From Gammaproteobacteria bacterium (GTDB taxonomy: Bacteria; Pseudomonadota; Gammaproteobacteria; Natronospirales; JAJUFS01): a DNA stretch of 64,000 nt. Positions 1-10,961 of the stretch are shown here, in pieces (position 1 is the first letter of the stretch; the number at the start of each line of letters is the position of its first letter). The DNA lies in assembly GCA_036381175.1 (NCBI GenBank), contig DASVDI010000018.1:67921-131920 (forward strand). The letters run 5' to 3'. The translations under genes were made by a program, and so were the position numbers. Under the pieces are notes generated by a model that was not told where the DNA came from, searched no databases, and saw nothing but the letters and a program-made list of their open reading frames with translations.

Positions 1-3000
1 AGCCAGCGTTCCGCTTCGCCAAGTGCAACATCGCGCCTGGCGGCGTAATCCGCAACCTGATCCTTCGCGATGCGACCGATGCCGAAATAGCGCGCGTCCG
101 GATGCGAAAAATAGAAACCGCTGACGGATGCGGCCGGCCACATCGCGAACGATTCGGTAATCGAGATTCCCGTCGCCTGCTCAACATCCAGCCATTCCCA
201 GAGGAATGCCTTCTCCGTGTGATCCGGGCAGGCGGGATAACCGGGCGCTGGCCGGATGCCCTGGTATTTCTCCGCGATCAAGGCGTCGTTATCCAGCGCC
301 TCCGCCGGTGCGTATCCCCAGATTTCGCGGCGCAATTTCGCGTGCAGCCATTCGGCGCCCGCTTCCGCCAGGCGATCCGTCAGCGACTGCGCGAGGATGG
401 CGGTGTAATCGTCCTGCGCAGCGCGACATTTTTCGACAAAGGTTTCGAGGCCGAGGCCGGCGGTTACGGCGAAGCCGCCGAGCCAGTCCGAGGGGCCGTT
501 TTCCGGTGCAATGAAATCCGCGAGACAGCGATTCGGTTTGCCGGTGGGACGTTCGGTCTGCTGACGCAGGAAATGAAACACCTGCGCAACCTTACCGCGC
601 GATTCGTCCGTGTAAATCGCAACGTCGTCAGCACCGATCCGCGCAGCCGGGTGGATGCCGGCCACGCCGCGCGCCTGCACGATGTTTTCGCGGATGAGGC
701 GATCCAGCAGCAGCTGCCCGTCCTCGAACAGTTTGCGCGCCGCTTCGCCCTGCTCGGCGTGCTCGAGAATGCCGGGATAACTGCCGCGCATTCCCCATGC
801 CTGGAAGAACGGCGTCCAGTCGATGTAATCGCGCAATTTCTGCAGCGGGATATCAAACGCGCGTGTGCCGGTGTGGCGCGGCACGGGTGGTGTATAATTT
901 TTCCAGTCCGTCATCTGTGCGTTTGCACGCGCGTCTTCCAGTGAAATGAAATTTTCCTTTTTCGTGCGGCGCGCATGCTGTTCGCGAATCGTCGTGTGTT
1001 CCTGCTTGAACTCGTGGTGACTGACATCGTGATTACCCAGCAGTTTCGAAACCGTGGAAATACAACGCGACGCGTCCTTCACGTAAGCAACCGTGCCCGA
1101 ATACGCAGGATCGATTTTTACCGCGGTGTGACTGCGTGACGTGGTTGCGCCCCCGATCAGCAAGGGCGATTCAAAACCCTGTCGTTCCATCTCGCGTGCG
1201 ACATGCACCATTTCATCCAGCGATGGCGTGATCAGTCCCGACAAACCGACGATATCGACATTTTCCTTTTTCGCGGTTTCGAGAATTTTCTGCGCCGGAA
1301 CCATCACGCCGAGATTGATCACCGTGTAGTTGTTGCACTGGAGCACGATATCGACAATGTTCTTGCCGATGTCATGCACATCGCCTTTTACCGTGGCGAG
1401 CAGGATCTTTCCCTTGCTGCGCGTGGTCCCGGATTTCTCCGCTTCGATGTACGGCGTGAGATACGCGACGGCTTTTTTCATGACGCGCGCGGATTTCACC
1501 ACCTGCGGCAGGAACATCTTTCCTGCACCGAACAGATCGCCGACGACATTCATCCCGTCCATCAACGGCCCTTCGATGACTTCGATAGGACGCGCCATCT
1601 GTTGCCGCACGGCCTCCACGTCTTCCTCGATGAACACATCGATGCCGTTCACCAGCGCGTGTTCGAGACGCTCCGTCACCGGCAGTTCACGCCAGCTCAT
1701 GTCCGGACCGGACGCACGCTGTTGCGCACTGAAATCATTCGCAACTTCCAGCAGGCGTTCCGTCGCATCATCGCGCCGGTTCAGGATCACGTCCTCGACA
1801 CGCTCGCGCAGCGCAGGATCAAGTTCGTCGTACACACCGAGCTGACCTGCATTCACGATACCCATGTCGAGACCGGCGCGAATGGCGTGATACAGGAACA
1901 CGGCGTGCATCGCTTCGCGCACCGCGTCGTTGCCACGGAAGGAAAACGACACGTTGCTGACGCCGCCGGAAGTGCGTACGCCGGGACACGCCTGCTTGAT
2001 CTCGCGCACCGCTTCGATGAAATCCTTCGCATAACCGTTGTGCACATCGATGCCCGTGGCGACGGCGAAAATGTTCGGATCGAAAATGATGTCGTCGGGC
2101 GCGAAACCCGTCTTCTCCGTGAGCAATGCAAACGCACGCCGGCAGATTTCGATACGGCGCTGCAAGCTGTCCGCCTGGCCTTGCTCATCGAACGCCATCA
2201 CGATGACCGCTGCGCCATAACGATGCGCGAGTGCGGCCTGGCGCAGGAACTCCGCTTCACCTTCCTTCAGGCTGATCGAGTTCACGACCGGCTTGCCCTG
2301 CACACACTTGAGACCGGCCTCGATGATTTCCCAGCGCGAAGAATCGATCATCACCGGCACACGCGAAATGTCCGGCTCGCTCGCGATCAGGTTCAGGAAT
2401 TCACGCATCGCGGCGACGCCGTCGAGCATGCCTTCGTCCATGTTCACATCGATGATCTGCGCGCCGTTGTCCACTTGCTGACGTGCGACTTCCAGCGCCG
2501 TCGCGAGATCACCTTCCATGATCAGTTTCTTGAAGCGCGCGGAACCGGTGACGTTGGTGCGCTCGCCGACATTCACGAACAAGGTATCGGGACCGATGTT
2601 CAGCGCTTCCAGGCCGGAAAGTCGCAAGCGCGAGGACGTCTCTGGAATCACGCGCGGTGAATGCTGCGAGGCAAGTTGCGCGATCTTTTCGATGTGTTCC
2701 GGCGTCGTACCGCAACAACCGCCGATGATGTTGACGATGCCATCTTCCAGCCATGAGCGCAGGTAATCGCGCATCGCCTCGGGCGATTCATCGTATTCAC
2801 CGAATGCGTTTGGCAAACCGGCGTTCGGGTGCGCACTGACATGACAATCTGCAATGCGCGAAAGTTCTTCGACGTATGGCCGCAATTGTTCCGCGCCCAG
2901 CGCACAGTTCAGCCCGACGCTCAGCGGACGCACATGGCGCACGGAATTCCAGAACGCTTCCACCGTCTGACCGGAAAGCGTGCGGCCCGAAGCATCGGTG

Positions 3001-3629
3001 ATCGTCGCGGAAATCATCACCGGCACGCGTTTGCCACGCGCAATGAAAACCTCTTCGATCGCGAACAGCGCCGCCTTGGCGTTGAGCGTGTCGAAAATGG
3101 TTTCCGCCATCAACAAATCCGCGCCGCCATCGAGCAGGCCTTCGACCGCTTCGCGATAGGCCACGACGAGCCCATCGAAATCCACCGTGCGAAAACCGGG
3201 CCGGTTCACGTCCGGCGAGAGCGACGCCGTCTGGTTCGTCGGGCCGAGCACGCCGGCAACAAAACGCGGCTTTTCGGGTGTTGAAAAAGCATCCGCGGCA
3301 TCACGTGCGATGCGCGCCGCGGCGACGTTGATTTCTCGCACGAGATGTTCGCACGCGTAATCGCGTTGCGAAATCGACGTCGCGTTGAACGTGTTCGTTT
3401 CGATGATGTCAGCACCGGCGTCAAGATACGCATCGTGTACGCCACGCACCGCTTCCGGTCGCGTCAGGCAGAGAATGTCGTTGTTGCCCTTGAGATCATG
3501 CGAATGATTGCGCAGCCGTTCGCCACGAAAGTCCGCTTCGTCCAATGCAAGATTCTGCAACATGGTGCCCGTGGCGCCGTCGAGGACGAGGATGCGTTCG
3601 GCAAGCAATTTCTCGATTGGATAAGACAT
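1..3629 (-). CDS. metH: Cobalamin-dependent methionine synthase MetH. The 3' end runs off the window, so roughly the last ten codons are missing.
   Basis: Absent from the ORF track because its stop lies outside the window. Reverse translation from the ATG at 3629 gives [39 protein letters not shown]. At the window edge it gives [69 protein letters not shown]...ERWL. Both ends are in the same frame, so no frameshift is apparent. Confidence 0.93.
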   Translation of the reverse strand, partial: MSYPIEKLLAERILVLDGATGTMLQNLALDEADFRGERLRNHSHDLKGNNDILCLTRPEAVRGVHDAYLDAGADIIETNTFNATSISQRDYACEHLVREINVAAARIARDAADAFSTPEKPRFVAGVLGPTNQTASLSPDVNRPGFRTVDFDGLVVAYREAVEGLLDGGADLLMAETIFDTLNAKAALFAIEEVFIARGKRVPVMISATITDASGRTLSGQTVEAFWNSVRHVRPLSVGLNCALGAEQLRPYVEELSRIADCHVSAHPNAGLPNAFGEYDESPEAMRDYLRSWLEDGIVNIIGGCCGTTPEHIEKIAQLASQHSPRVIPETSSRLRLSGLEALNIGPDTLFVNVGERTNVTGSARFKKLIMEGDLATALEVARQQVDNGAQIIDVNMDEGMLDGVAAMREFLNLIASEPDISRVPVMIDSSRWEIIEAGLKCVQGKPVVNSISLKEGEAEFLRQAALAHRYGAAVIVMAFDEQGQADSLQRRIEICRRAFALLTEKTGFAPDDIIFDPNIFAVATGIDVHNGYAKDFIEAVREIKQACPGVRTSGGVSNVSFSFRGNDAVREAMHAVFLYHAIRAGLDMGIVNAGQLGVYDELDPALRERVEDVILNRRDDATERLLEVANDFSAQQRASGPDMSWRELPVTERLEHALVNGIDVFIEEDVEAVRQQMARPIEVIEGPLMDGMNVVGDLFGAGKMFLPQVVKSARVMKKAVAYLTPYIEAEKSGTTRSKGKILLATVKGDVHDIGKNIVDIVLQCNNYTVINLGVMVPAQKILETAKKENVDIVGLSGLITPSLDEMVHVAREMERQGFESPLLIGGATTSRSHTAVKIDPAYSGTVAYVKDASRCISTVSKLLGNHDVSHHEFKQEHTTIREQHARRTKKENFISLEDARANAQMTDWKNYTPPVPRHTGTRAFDIPLQKLRDYIDWTPFFQAWGMRGSYPGILEHAEQGEAARKLFEDGQLLLDRLIRENIVQARGVAGIHPAARIGADDVAIYTDESRGKVAQVFHFLRQQTERPTGKPNRCLADFIAPENGPSDWLGGFAVTAGLGLETFVEKCRAAQDDYTAILAQSLTDRLAEAGAEWLHAKLRREIWGYAPAEALDNDALIAEKYQGIRPAPGYPACPDHTEKAFLWEWLDVEQATGISITESFAMWPAASVSGFYFSHPDARYFGIGRIAKDQVADYAARRDVALGEAERW

Positions 3630-3674
3630 TATTTTCCCGGTTGATGCATTGGATAAAAGCAGACAGTCGCTTTC

Positions 3675-4607
3675 TCAGATTCGCGCTGAAACCTGCTGCG
3701 CGACATTCACGCTACCCGCCGAAGACGCCGGCATGATCCCCAGCATTCGGCAGATTGCGCACGTCAGTTGTGAACGGTTCAGCGTGTAGAAATGAAATTC
3801 GTTGACGTCTTCGGCGCGCAAGGCATGGCACAGTTCCACCGCGACACTGGCCGCGACGAGCTGCCGCGTTTCGGGTTCCGCATCAAGATCTGCGAACAGA
3901 TGCGCCATCCATTCCGGTACGGTCGCCGCGCACATGCGGCTGAACTTCACGACCTGCTCGAAGTTTGTCACGGGCAAGATGCCGGGCACGATCGGCGCGG
4001 TGATTCCGGCTGCGGCAACCTTGTCACGGAATCGAAGAAACGTATCAACATCAAAAAAATATTGCGTGATGGCCCGCGAAGCGCCCGCGTCGAGCTTGCG
4101 TTTCAGGTTGTCGAGATCGGATTCCGAACTTTCCGCATCCGGATGCGTTTCGGGATGTGCGGCGACGCTGATTTCGAAATCCGCGATATCGCGCAGGCCG
4201 ACAACCAGCTCTGCCGCGTTACGGAATCCTTGTGGATGCGGCGCAAAGCGATTGCCGTCAACAGGATCGCCGCGCAGCGCGACAATGTGTTTCACGCCGC
4301 TCGCGTGATATGCCGCAGCGATGTCGAGAATTTCCGCGCGCGATGCGCCCACGCACGTCAGGTGCGCGGCGGGTTCGAGCGAGGTTTCCTGGACGATCCG
4401 CCGAACGGTGGCGTGCGTGCGTTCACGCGTCGAACCGCCGGCGCCGTAGGTCACCGAAACGAAGCGCGGCGCGAACGGTTCCAGTGATTCGATGGAGCGC
4501 CACAAGGTCTGCTCCATGGTTTCCGTGCGGGGTGGGAAGAACTCGAATGACACTTGCGGGCGCGGCAGTGAAATGCAGCGTTCCAGCGATTCAACACGGT
4601 AAGCCAT
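3675..4607 (-). CDS. metF: 5,10-methylenetetrahydrofolate reductase MetF
   Basis: ORF 3675..4700 trimmed to the internal ATG (MAYRVESLERC...), which follows a GAGGAG RBS. Motifs seen: FEFFPPRT, VTYGAGGSTRERT, LRGDP. It lies 45 nt upstream of metH. Confidence 0.92.
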   Translation of the reverse strand: MAYRVESLERCISLPRPQVSFEFFPPRTETMEQTLWRSIESLEPFAPRFVSVTYGAGGSTRERTHATVRRIVQETSLEPAAHLTCVGASRAEILDIAAAYHASGVKHIVALRGDPVDGNRFAPHPQGFRNAAELVVGLRDIADFEISVAAHPETHPDAESSESDLDNLKRKLDAGASRAITQYFFDVDTFLRFRDKVAAAGITAPIVPGILPVTNFEQVVKFSRMCAATVPEWMAHLFADLDAEPETRQLVAASVAVELCHALRAEDVNEFHFYTLNRSQLTCAICRMLGIMPASSAGSVNVAQQVSARI

Positions 4608-4698
4608 TGTGGCTCCTCGACGTTTTACAGAATTTATAGGCGCCCTGAAGTTGCATAAACGGCGCGGCGACAGGCTTGCTTGCTGAAATCCAGGCAAC

Positions 4699-4740
4699 AA
4701 AAAAGCCCGCTCGGCTTTGCAGCTAAAGCAGGCTTCTCGC
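4699..4740 (-). terminator. Compound hairpin followed by T6. It is either the gltX terminator or an attenuator in the metF leader.
   Basis: Minus strand reads gAAGCCtGCTTTagctgcAAAGCcgagcGGGCTTTTTTg: an inner 5-bp stem, an outer 5-bp stem, then six T. It sits about 110 nt after the gltX stop and about 90 nt before the metF ATG. Confidence 0.4.
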
Positions 4741-4756
4741 GCCCTCTTTAGCCGTA

Positions 4757-4786
4757 TTTATAAAGCGCCCGCAAGCTGAGAATCAA
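4757..4786 (-). promoter_or_regulatory. Candidate sigma70 promoter for metF-metH
   Basis: Minus strand reads TTGATT-17 nt-TTATAA (or 18 nt-TATAAA). If real, it gives an approximately 140-nt leader that contains the hairpin plus T6. Confidence 0.3.
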
Positions 4787-4851
4787 ATCGGCGCTGAGCA
4801 AAGTATAAGTGAGGGCGGCAGGATTGCAACCGGGAGTTCGGGGTATGAATG

Positions 4852-6270
4852 TTATTCGTCCGTATACGCAGTGTGATCGGAAATATGACGAATCGCGCGA
4901 TCAATCCGCGCAAGGGTTTTCTCCCGGCCGAGCAGTTCCAGCGTGATGTCGATCGGCGGTGAAACACCCTTCCCTGCAACAGCAACGCGGATTGGCTGCG
5001 CGACCTTGCCGAGCTTGAGTTCCATGCTTTCGGCGATCGCATTCACCGTGTTGTGAATGTCGCCCGCTTTCCAATTCGACAGTTCCGCGAGCGCATCGCG
5101 AATCCTCGACAATGGCGCAACGGCATCCGGCACCAGGTTCTTGCGCGCCGCCTTGTCATCGTACTCGGTGAAGTCCTGGTAAAAGAACATGCTGTTCTCG
5201 GCCATTTCCTTCAGCGTTTTCGCACGCTCGGCGTTCGCCCTCACGATGTCCGCCAGCGCAGGACCGTTCGCGGTGTCCACGCCCAGCCGTTCGAAATGCC
5301 AGCCGAGTTCGGCACCAAGCCGTTGCGGATCGCTCTCTTTTATATAGTGCTGGTTCAGCCAGGCGAGTTTTTCCGGATTGATGGCGGATGCTGAATGATT
5401 CACGTCGGCAATATCAAACAGCCTGATCATTTCCTCAGTCGAGAAGATTTCCTGGTCGCCGTGCGCCCACCCGAGGCGCACGAGATAGTTCCTGACCGCC
5501 TCGGGCAGGAATCCGTCGTTGCGGTATTCCATCACGGAGACGGCGCCATGACGCTTGGACAGCTTCGCGCCATCGGGGCCGAGGATCATCGGCAGGTGCG
5601 CGTATTCAGGTGGTACCGCATTCAGCGCCTGGAAAATGTTGATCTGCCGCGGCGTGTTGTTGAGGTGATCATCGCCACGAACGACGTGCGTGATGTTCAT
5701 GTCCATGTCGTCAACCACAACACAGAAATTGTAGGTCGGCGTGCCATCCGGGCGCGCGATGACAAGATCATCCAGCTCGGCATTTCGGAACGTGACCGTG
5801 CCGCGCACGTGGTCATTGACCACAACCTCGCCTTCCTGCGGATTCTTGAAGCGCACCACGGGATCAACGCCGGAACGCGGTTCGGCGCGCTCACGGCAGC
5901 GGCCGTCATAGCGCGGCTTTTCCTTGCGCTTCATCTGCTCGGTGCGCATGGCGTCGAGCTCTTCCTTCGTGCAATAGCAGTGATACGCGTCGCCCTGCTC
6001 CAGCAATTGCTCCAGCACCTCCTTGTAACGGTCGAAACGCTCCGTCTGGTAGAACGGCCCTTCGTCTGCGTCGAGTCCCAGCCAGCGCATGCCGTCGAGA
6101 ATCGCCTGAACGGCTTCGGGCGTGGAGCGTTCGCGGTCGGTGTCCTCGATGCGCAGCACGAAATCACCATCGTGGTGACGTGAATACAGCCAGCAGAACA
6201 ACGCTGTGCGTGCGCCGCCAATATGGAGATAACCAGTGGGGCTGGGAGCGAAACGGGTGCGAACTTTCAT
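4852..6270 (-). CDS. gltX: Glutamyl-tRNA synthetase (GluRS, copy 1)
   Basis: ORF 4852..6363 trimmed to [25 protein letters not shown]. It has the HIGG signature, KLSKRHG (KMSKS-like), a CYC...C zinc-type motif, and the C-terminal anticodon-binding region. Confidence 0.94.
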   Translation of the reverse strand: MKVRTRFAPSPTGYLHIGGARTALFCWLYSRHHDGDFVLRIEDTDRERSTPEAVQAILDGMRWLGLDADEGPFYQTERFDRYKEVLEQLLEQGDAYHCYCTKEELDAMRTEQMKRKEKPRYDGRCRERAEPRSGVDPVVRFKNPQEGEVVVNDHVRGTVTFRNAELDDLVIARPDGTPTYNFCVVVDDMDMNITHVVRGDDHLNNTPRQINIFQALNAVPPEYAHLPMILGPDGAKLSKRHGAVSVMEYRNDGFLPEAVRNYLVRLGWAHGDQEIFSTEEMIRLFDIADVNHSASAINPEKLAWLNQHYIKESDPQRLGAELGWHFERLGVDTANGPALADIVRANAERAKTLKEMAENSMFFYQDFTEYDDKAARKNLVPDAVAPLSRIRDALAELSNWKAGDIHNTVNAIAESMELKLGKVAQPIRVAVAGKGVSPPIDITLELLGREKTLARIDRAIRHISDHTAYTDE

Positions 6271-6401
6271 CGGGAACCTCGGGGATTGCGAGCCGCGAAT
6301 TCTAGCAAACCGCGCGCTCACGCGTGCGGCTGGAACAACAAACTCGTCATTGATCGCCGGCAACGGTATCGTATGCCGCTATTCATCCGGAAAGAGCACG
6401 C

Positions 6402-7712
6402 ATGACCGACTGGCTGTACATTCTGTTTGCAATCCTGCTGGTCTTCGCCAACGGGTTTTTCGTCGCGGCGGAATTCGCGATCGTCAAATTGCGCCAGACG
6501 CAAGCGAACGAACTCGCGCTGACGCACGGGTTCCGGGGTCGAGTGCTGAAGAACGTGCGCACCCATCTCGACGCTTATCTTTCCGCCTGCCAGCTCGGCA
6601 TCACGCTGGCATCGTTGGGGCTCGGCTGGATCGGCGAGCCTGCCTTCGCGCGATTGCTGGAGCCGGTCTTCGTCACCTACGACATTTCGCCGGACCTTGT
6701 TCACGGCATCAGCTTCGCCTTTGCGTTCACTGTCATTTCCTTCCTGCACATCGTGCTCGGTGAGCTCGCACCGAAATCCGTCTCCATCCGCTATCCGGAG
6801 CAGAGCTCGCTGTGGACGGCCGTGCCGCTGTTCCTGTTCTACTGGCTGATGTACCCGTTCATCTGGGTCCTGAACGGCAGCGCGCTGCTGGTGCTGAAGG
6901 CCTTCGGGCTGGACGCGGCGAAGGAAGGCGAGGACGCGCACTCGGTGGAGGAAATCCGCCACGTGCTGATGGCGAGCCACCGCCATGGCGAACTCGACAA
7001 GGCCGAAGCCGACATCCTCGCCCGCGCCATCGATCTCGGCGATCTCACGGCCGGCGATCTCATGCGCCCCGCGCGCGAAATGGTCGCGCTCGATATTGCT
7101 GATGGCGTCGCCGAAAACCTCGCCACCACGCAGAAATTCCGCTACTCGCGCTATCCCGTCTACGAAGGCGACCGCGATCAGGTCATCGGCCTCGTGCACG
7201 TGAAGGACCTGTTCGCGGAACTTCGCGACAGCGGCGCGCTCAAGGCCTTGCGCCCGCTGCTGCGCCCCGTCGTGCGCGTGGAAGAAGACACCGAGGCGAC
7301 CGACGTACTGGTCCGCTTCCAGGGCGGCGACTCGCATTTCGCGGTGGTTTACGACGAACTCGGCCACCTTATCGGCTTCATCACCATGGACCACGTCATG
7401 GGCGCGCTCCTCGGCGGCATCCGCGACGAATTCGAACACAGCCACCCCGACTGGGAACCGGCGCCGGACGGCAGTTATGTCGGCGCGGGCTCGCTGCCGA
7501 TCTACTCGCTGGAAAAGGTGCTCGGCCAGGAAATCGAGGAAGAGGATGCGAACAGCGTCGGCGGACTGGTGATAAACGCGCTGGAGCGCATTCCGCGCAA
7601 CGGCGATGCGGTGGATTTCGAGGGCTTTCGCATCGAAGTGCTGACGATGCGCGGTCCGCGCATCGCCCGGGTTCGCGTCCGCCCGACTGCCGGCGCTGAC
7701 GGCGAGACCTGA
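6402..7712 (+). CDS. HlyC/CorC (CNNM/TlyC-like) family membrane protein with DUF21, a CBS pair and a CorC_HlyC domain
   Basis: N-terminal transmembrane region ANGFFVAAEFAIVKLR, a central CBS-like pair, and a C-terminal GGLVINALERIPRNGDAVDFEGFRIEVLTM. Confidence 0.85.
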   Translation: MTDWLYILFAILLVFANGFFVAAEFAIVKLRQTQANELALTHGFRGRVLKNVRTHLDAYLSACQLGITLASLGLGWIGEPAFARLLEPVFVTYDISPDLVHGISFAFAFTVISFLHIVLGELAPKSVSIRYPEQSSLWTAVPLFLFYWLMYPFIWVLNGSALLVLKAFGLDAAKEGEDAHSVEEIRHVLMASHRHGELDKAEADILARAIDLGDLTAGDLMRPAREMVALDIADGVAENLATTQKFRYSRYPVYEGDRDQVIGLVHVKDLFAELRDSGALKALRPLLRPVVRVEEDTEATDVLVRFQGGDSHFAVVYDELGHLIGFITMDHVMGALLGGIRDEFEHSHPDWEPAPDGSYVGAGSLPIYSLEKVLGQEIEEEDANSVGGLVINALERIPRNGDAVDFEGFRIEVLTMRGPRIARVRVRPTAGADGET

Positions 7713-7726
7713 AACCCGCCCCGGCG

Positions 7727-7755
7727 TTGACCGCCTCTGGCCGAAACCGTAGAAT
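7727..7755 (+). promoter_or_regulatory. Sigma70-type promoter for tRNA-Val(CAC)
   Basis: TTGACC-17 nt-TAGAAT followed by a GC-rich discriminator (tcccgccc). It ends about 29 nt before the tRNA 5' end. Confidence 0.55.
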
Positions 7756-7783
7756 TCCCGCCCTCTTCGACCCAGGAAAAATT

Positions 7784-7858
7784 GGGTGGTTAGCTCAGCG
7801 GTAGAGCACTGCCTTCACACGGCAGGGGTCACTGGTTCAATCCCAGTACCACCCACCA
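7784..7858 (+). tRNA. tRNA-Val (anticodon CAC)
   Basis: GGGTGGTTAGCTCAGCGGTAGAGCACTGCCTTCACACGGCAGGGGTCACTGGTTCAATCCCAGTACCACCCACCA. It folds as a cloverleaf, the anticodon loop is TTCACAC, and the CCA end is encoded. Confidence 0.95.
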
Positions 7859-7866
7859 GTAAAATC

Positions 7867-7898
7867 AAGGGCTTGCGTTCTCGACGCAAGCCCTTTTT
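7867..7898 (+). terminator. Rho-independent terminator after tRNA-Val
   Basis: AAGGGCTTGCG-ttctcga-CGCAAGCCCTT (11-bp stem) followed by TTTTT. Confidence 0.75.
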
Positions 7899-7981
7899 GT
7901 TTCTCCGGATCCCGGCGGACAGCTTCTCCGGCCACTCCACCCGTTCCACTGTTTTTTAACCCACACGTTTCCTGCCCAAGG

Positions 7982-8005
7982 AAAAAGCCGCGGTGGACCG
8001 CGGCT
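7982..8005 (-). terminator. Rho-independent terminator after nhaB
   Basis: Minus strand reads AGCCGCGG-tcca-CCGCGGCT followed by TTTTT, about 40 nt downstream of the nhaB stop. Confidence 0.7.
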
Positions 8006-8046
8006 CTGGAACAGGAACAACGACGACACTTTCGTCATAAGGCCGG

Positions 8047-9549
8047 TCAGAGAAGATACATCGTCGCGAACAAACCGGTGATCGACATGGTGATGGTGTA
8101 CGGCAGAGCCAGCAGCACCATGCGTCCGTACGAAAGACGAATCAGCGGCGCCAACGCGGACGTCAGCAGGAACAGGAACGCCGCCTGGCCGTTCGGCGTG
8201 GCGACTGACGGAATGTTCGTGCCGGTGTTGACGGAAACCGCGAGCAGATCAAACTGTTCACGACCGATAATTCCGGCTTCGAATGCCGCCTTCAATTCGT
8301 TGATGTACACGGTGGCAACGAAGACGTTGTCCGAGATCATCGAGAGCACGCCGTTGGCGATGTAGAACGCCGACAACTGCGTGTGGCCGTCCATGGTCAG
8401 CACGTACTCGATGATCGGCTTGAACAGATGCTGGTCGTGGATCACCCCGACGATGGCGAAGAACACAACCAGCAGCGCGGTAAACGGCAGCGCTTCTTCG
8501 AACGCGTGGCCCAGCTGGTGTTCCTGGTTCACACCGGTGAACACAGTGCCGAGTACGATGACCGCAAGGCCGATCAATCCAACCGGCGCAAGATGGAACG
8601 CCAGCGCCAGAATCAGGAATACGGCAACGGCGGCCTGGGCGATCAGGTTCGCGTAGTCACGCGCGCCGCGCTTCCTTTCCTGCTCCGCTTCGAAATCCTC
8701 CAGTACGGTACGTACGTTGGCCGGCAACTCGTCACCGTAAGTGAACCATTTGAATTTCTCGACTAGGTAACACGTAGTCAGGCCGACAACGAGTACCGGC
8801 AGGGTTACCGGCGCAACGCGCAGGAAGAATTCCACAAAGCCCCAATTCATCACGCCGGCAATCAGCAGATTCTGCGGCTCGCCGACCATGGTCTGCACGC
8901 CACCTAGTGCGGTGCCGACGCCAGCGTGCATCATCAGGTTGCGCAGGAAGCCGCGGAACTGTTCGAGATCGACATGGTGCTGTTCGGCGATCCACTGGTC
9001 ATCGGCCTGGTCATGGTCGTGATCGATCTTCCTCCCGGATGCGACGCGGTGATATACGCCGTAAAAGCCGGTCGCGACCGCGATCACGACAGCAATCACT
9101 GTCAGTGCATCGAGGAATGCGGACAAAAACGCGGCGGTGAAACAGAACAACAAGGAAAGCGTGGCCTTGGAGCGAACGTTCAGAAGTATCTTGGTGAACG
9201 CGTACAGCAACATGTCCTTGAGGAAGAAAATGCCGGCGACCATGAAGATCAGCAGCAGGATGACTTCGAAGTTCAACAGCGCCTCGTGGTAGACCGTTTC
9301 GGCTGATGTCATCCCGATCACGACCGCCTCGATGGCGAGCAGGCCGCCGGGCTGAAGTGGATAGCACTTCAGCGCCATCGCAAGCGTGAAGATGAATTCC
9401 AGCACCAGCACCCAGCCGGCGAGATACGGATCCACGAGGAAAAACAGGATCGGGTTGACGACCAGGAAGCCGACGATCGTCAGCTTGTACCACTCTGGTG
9501 AGTTGCCGAGAAAGTTCGACAGGAAAGCGTGGCTCATCGTGTTGGTCAT
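8047..9549 (-). CDS. nhaB: Na+/H+ antiporter NhaB
   Basis: ORF 8047..9792 trimmed to [33 protein letters not shown]. It is about 500 aa and polytopic, with NhaB-typical N- and C-termini. Confidence 0.88.
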   Translation of the reverse strand: MTNTMSHAFLSNFLGNSPEWYKLTIVGFLVVNPILFFLVDPYLAGWVLVLEFIFTLAMALKCYPLQPGGLLAIEAVVIGMTSAETVYHEALLNFEVILLLIFMVAGIFFLKDMLLYAFTKILLNVRSKATLSLLFCFTAAFLSAFLDALTVIAVVIAVATGFYGVYHRVASGRKIDHDHDQADDQWIAEQHHVDLEQFRGFLRNLMMHAGVGTALGGVQTMVGEPQNLLIAGVMNWGFVEFFLRVAPVTLPVLVVGLTTCYLVEKFKWFTYGDELPANVRTVLEDFEAEQERKRGARDYANLIAQAAVAVFLILALAFHLAPVGLIGLAVIVLGTVFTGVNQEHQLGHAFEEALPFTALLVVFFAIVGVIHDQHLFKPIIEYVLTMDGHTQLSAFYIANGVLSMISDNVFVATVYINELKAAFEAGIIGREQFDLLAVSVNTGTNIPSVATPNGQAAFLFLLTSALAPLIRLSYGRMVLLALPYTITMSITGLFATMYLL

Positions 9550-9746
9550 TGCCTTCTTCCGTTGATTGTCATTCGGTGTCGGCGCCGCTGTGAGAACGGA
9601 AAGCGGCGACGCAAGGAGAGGGGATTTTACCGGCGGTGATACCGCGAGGTCACGAAAAGTCGGTCGGGAACGGTTCGGAAATTCTTTCTGGATTACCGGG
9701 GAACAATGAGACACGCGGCGAGTGCGAGGGTTCCCGTGGAAACCGG

Positions 9747-10481
9747 CTACTCGTCGTTCACGGCGCGTGCGTCGGATTCCGACGGACGCCACAGGCTGCG
9801 CGCGCCTGCCTTTTCAATCACGTCGAGCAATGCTTCATGCGCCGCGCGTTCGGCATCGGAAGCGGCGATCACGGCCAGCGTAATGCCCGCCCGGTCGATG
9901 CGTGCCGGCGCATGGCTTGCGCCACGTCCCTTGTTGCGCTCGCCGCCCAATGACAAGGCGGTCTGCCCGCCCGTCATGGCGAGATAGACTTCCGCGAGCA
10001 ATTGCGCGTCGAGCAAGGCGCCGTGGTATTCGCGGCTGGAATTGTCGATCTCATAGCGCTTGCACAGGGCATCGAGACTGGCGCGCTGGCCGGGGTGCAT
10101 CCTGCGCGCCATCTGCAGGGTGTCGAGCACTTTGCACAGCGTTTCGATGCGCTCGCCGCGCTGCAAGTGGCGTTCGAGTTCGTGGTTCAGGAACCCGACA
10201 TCGAAAGGCGCATTGTGGATGACCAGTTCCGCGTCCTTCACGTAATCGAGGAATTCCTCGATCACCTCGGCAATGCGGGGCTTGTCGGCGAGGAATTCGT
10301 TGGTGATGCCGTGCACGTCAATCGCGCCAGGATCGATGTTGCGTTCCGGATTGATGTACCAGCGCTTGTCGTTGCCGGTCTGCCGCCGGCTGACGAGCTC
10401 CACACAGCCGATTTCGATGATGCGGTGGCCGTCTTTCGGATCAAGGCCGGTGGTTTCGGTATCGAGAACGATTTGTCGCAT
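9747..10481 (-). CDS. dnaQ: DNA polymerase III epsilon subunit (3'-5' proofreading exonuclease)
   Basis: Trimmed to [13 protein letters not shown]. Exo motifs seen: [30 protein letters not shown]. Confidence 0.93.
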   Translation of the reverse strand: MRQIVLDTETTGLDPKDGHRIIEIGCVELVSRRQTGNDKRWYINPERNIDPGAIDVHGITNEFLADKPRIAEVIEEFLDYVKDAELVIHNAPFDVGFLNHELERHLQRGERIETLCKVLDTLQMARRMHPGQRASLDALCKRYEIDNSSREYHGALLDAQLLAEVYLAMTGGQTALSLGGERNKGRGASHAPARIDRAGITLAVIAASDAERAAHEALLDVIEKAGARSLWRPSESDARAVNDE

Positions 10482-10500
10482 GTCGGATTCCGGTCTTCTG

Positions 10501-10944
10501 TCAGGCGTGGCCGAGCAGTTCATCAATGGCGAGATTGGCGAGCGCGTCGGCACGCTCGTTGCCGGGATGGCCGCTGTGTCCCTTCACCCAGTGCCAGCGA
10601 ATCTCGTGCCGTTTTGCGGCCGCATCGAGACGCCGCCAGAGATCGTCGTTCTTCACCGGCTTGCGCGCGGAAGTTTTCCAGCCGTTGCGCTGCCAGTTGG
10701 CGAGCCACTCGGTGATGCCGCGGCGAAGATACTCGGAGTCCGTGTAGAACTCCACCTGGCAGGTGCGCTTCAGCGCTTCGAGCGCTGCGATCGCGGCCAT
10801 GAGTTCCATGCGGTTGTTGGTGGTCAGCGCCTCGGCGCCTTTGAGCGATTTTTCGGCGCCATCGCTTGCAAGGATCGCTCCCCAGCCGCCCGGCCCCGGA
10901 TTTCCGCGGCAGGCGCCGTCGGAATGAATAATTACCGGTTTCAC
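10501..10944 (-). CDS. rnhA: Ribonuclease HI
   Basis: GTG start preceded by GGGAGA. Sequence: (V)[24 protein letters not shown]...[17 protein letters not shown]...[18 protein letters not shown]. The long ORF 10501..11553 is an upstream extension. Confidence 0.9.
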   Translation of the reverse strand: MKPVIIHSDGACRGNPGPGGWGAILASDGAEKSLKGAEALTTNNRMELMAAIAALEALKRTCQVEFYTDSEYLRRGITEWLANWQRNGWKTSARKPVKNDDLWRRLDAAAKRHEIRWHWVKGHSGHPGNERADALANLAIDELLGHA

Positions 10945-10961
10945 GCGTTCTCCCGTTCTTT

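Noticed and set aside
102-3284. Plus-strand ORFs of 150-485 aa (102..944, 1203..2660, 2829..3284 and others).
   Set aside because: They lie antisense to or out of frame with the clearly recognisable metH frame. Their Arg/His/Ala-rich, motif-free translations are typical of shadow ORFs in GC-rich DNA.
4608-4760. Tried to match the metF leader to the SAH riboswitch consensus (GAGGAGCGC...CAGGCUC...GGCGCUC) and to SAM-II.
   Set aside because: Only loose resemblance was found (AGAGGGCGCG, CAAAGCC). I cannot reproduce the conserved pseudoknot pairing by eye, so no riboswitch is called. It is kept only as a low-interest candidate to test with covariance models.
6318-7445. Long antisense ORFs opposite real genes. 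Examples: 6318..7445(-), 15063..15998(+), 16315..17955(+), 20198..21082(+), 21825..22979(+), 23882..25090(+), 43592..45094(+), 57426..59336(+), 60617..61399(+).
   Set aside because: Each overlaps a gene with unmistakable family motifs on the other strand and has low-complexity composition (R, H, A, G, D rich). I saw no independent RBS or motif support.
8047-9792. N-terminal extensions of track ORFs: nhaB to 9792, rnhA to 11553, cvpA to 35590, dedD to 35837, accD to 38032, trpA to 38888, miaE to 31924, tig to 25132, parE to 61318, htpX to 56985, gltX to 6363, gltX2 to 29724, folD from 25970, epmB from 52503.
   Set aside because: Alignment by eye with the known N-termini of each family, the presence of RBS-like sequences, and start/stop overlaps with the upstream gene all favour the internal starts given in the features. 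The extensions are Arg/Pro-rich and overlap neighbouring genes.
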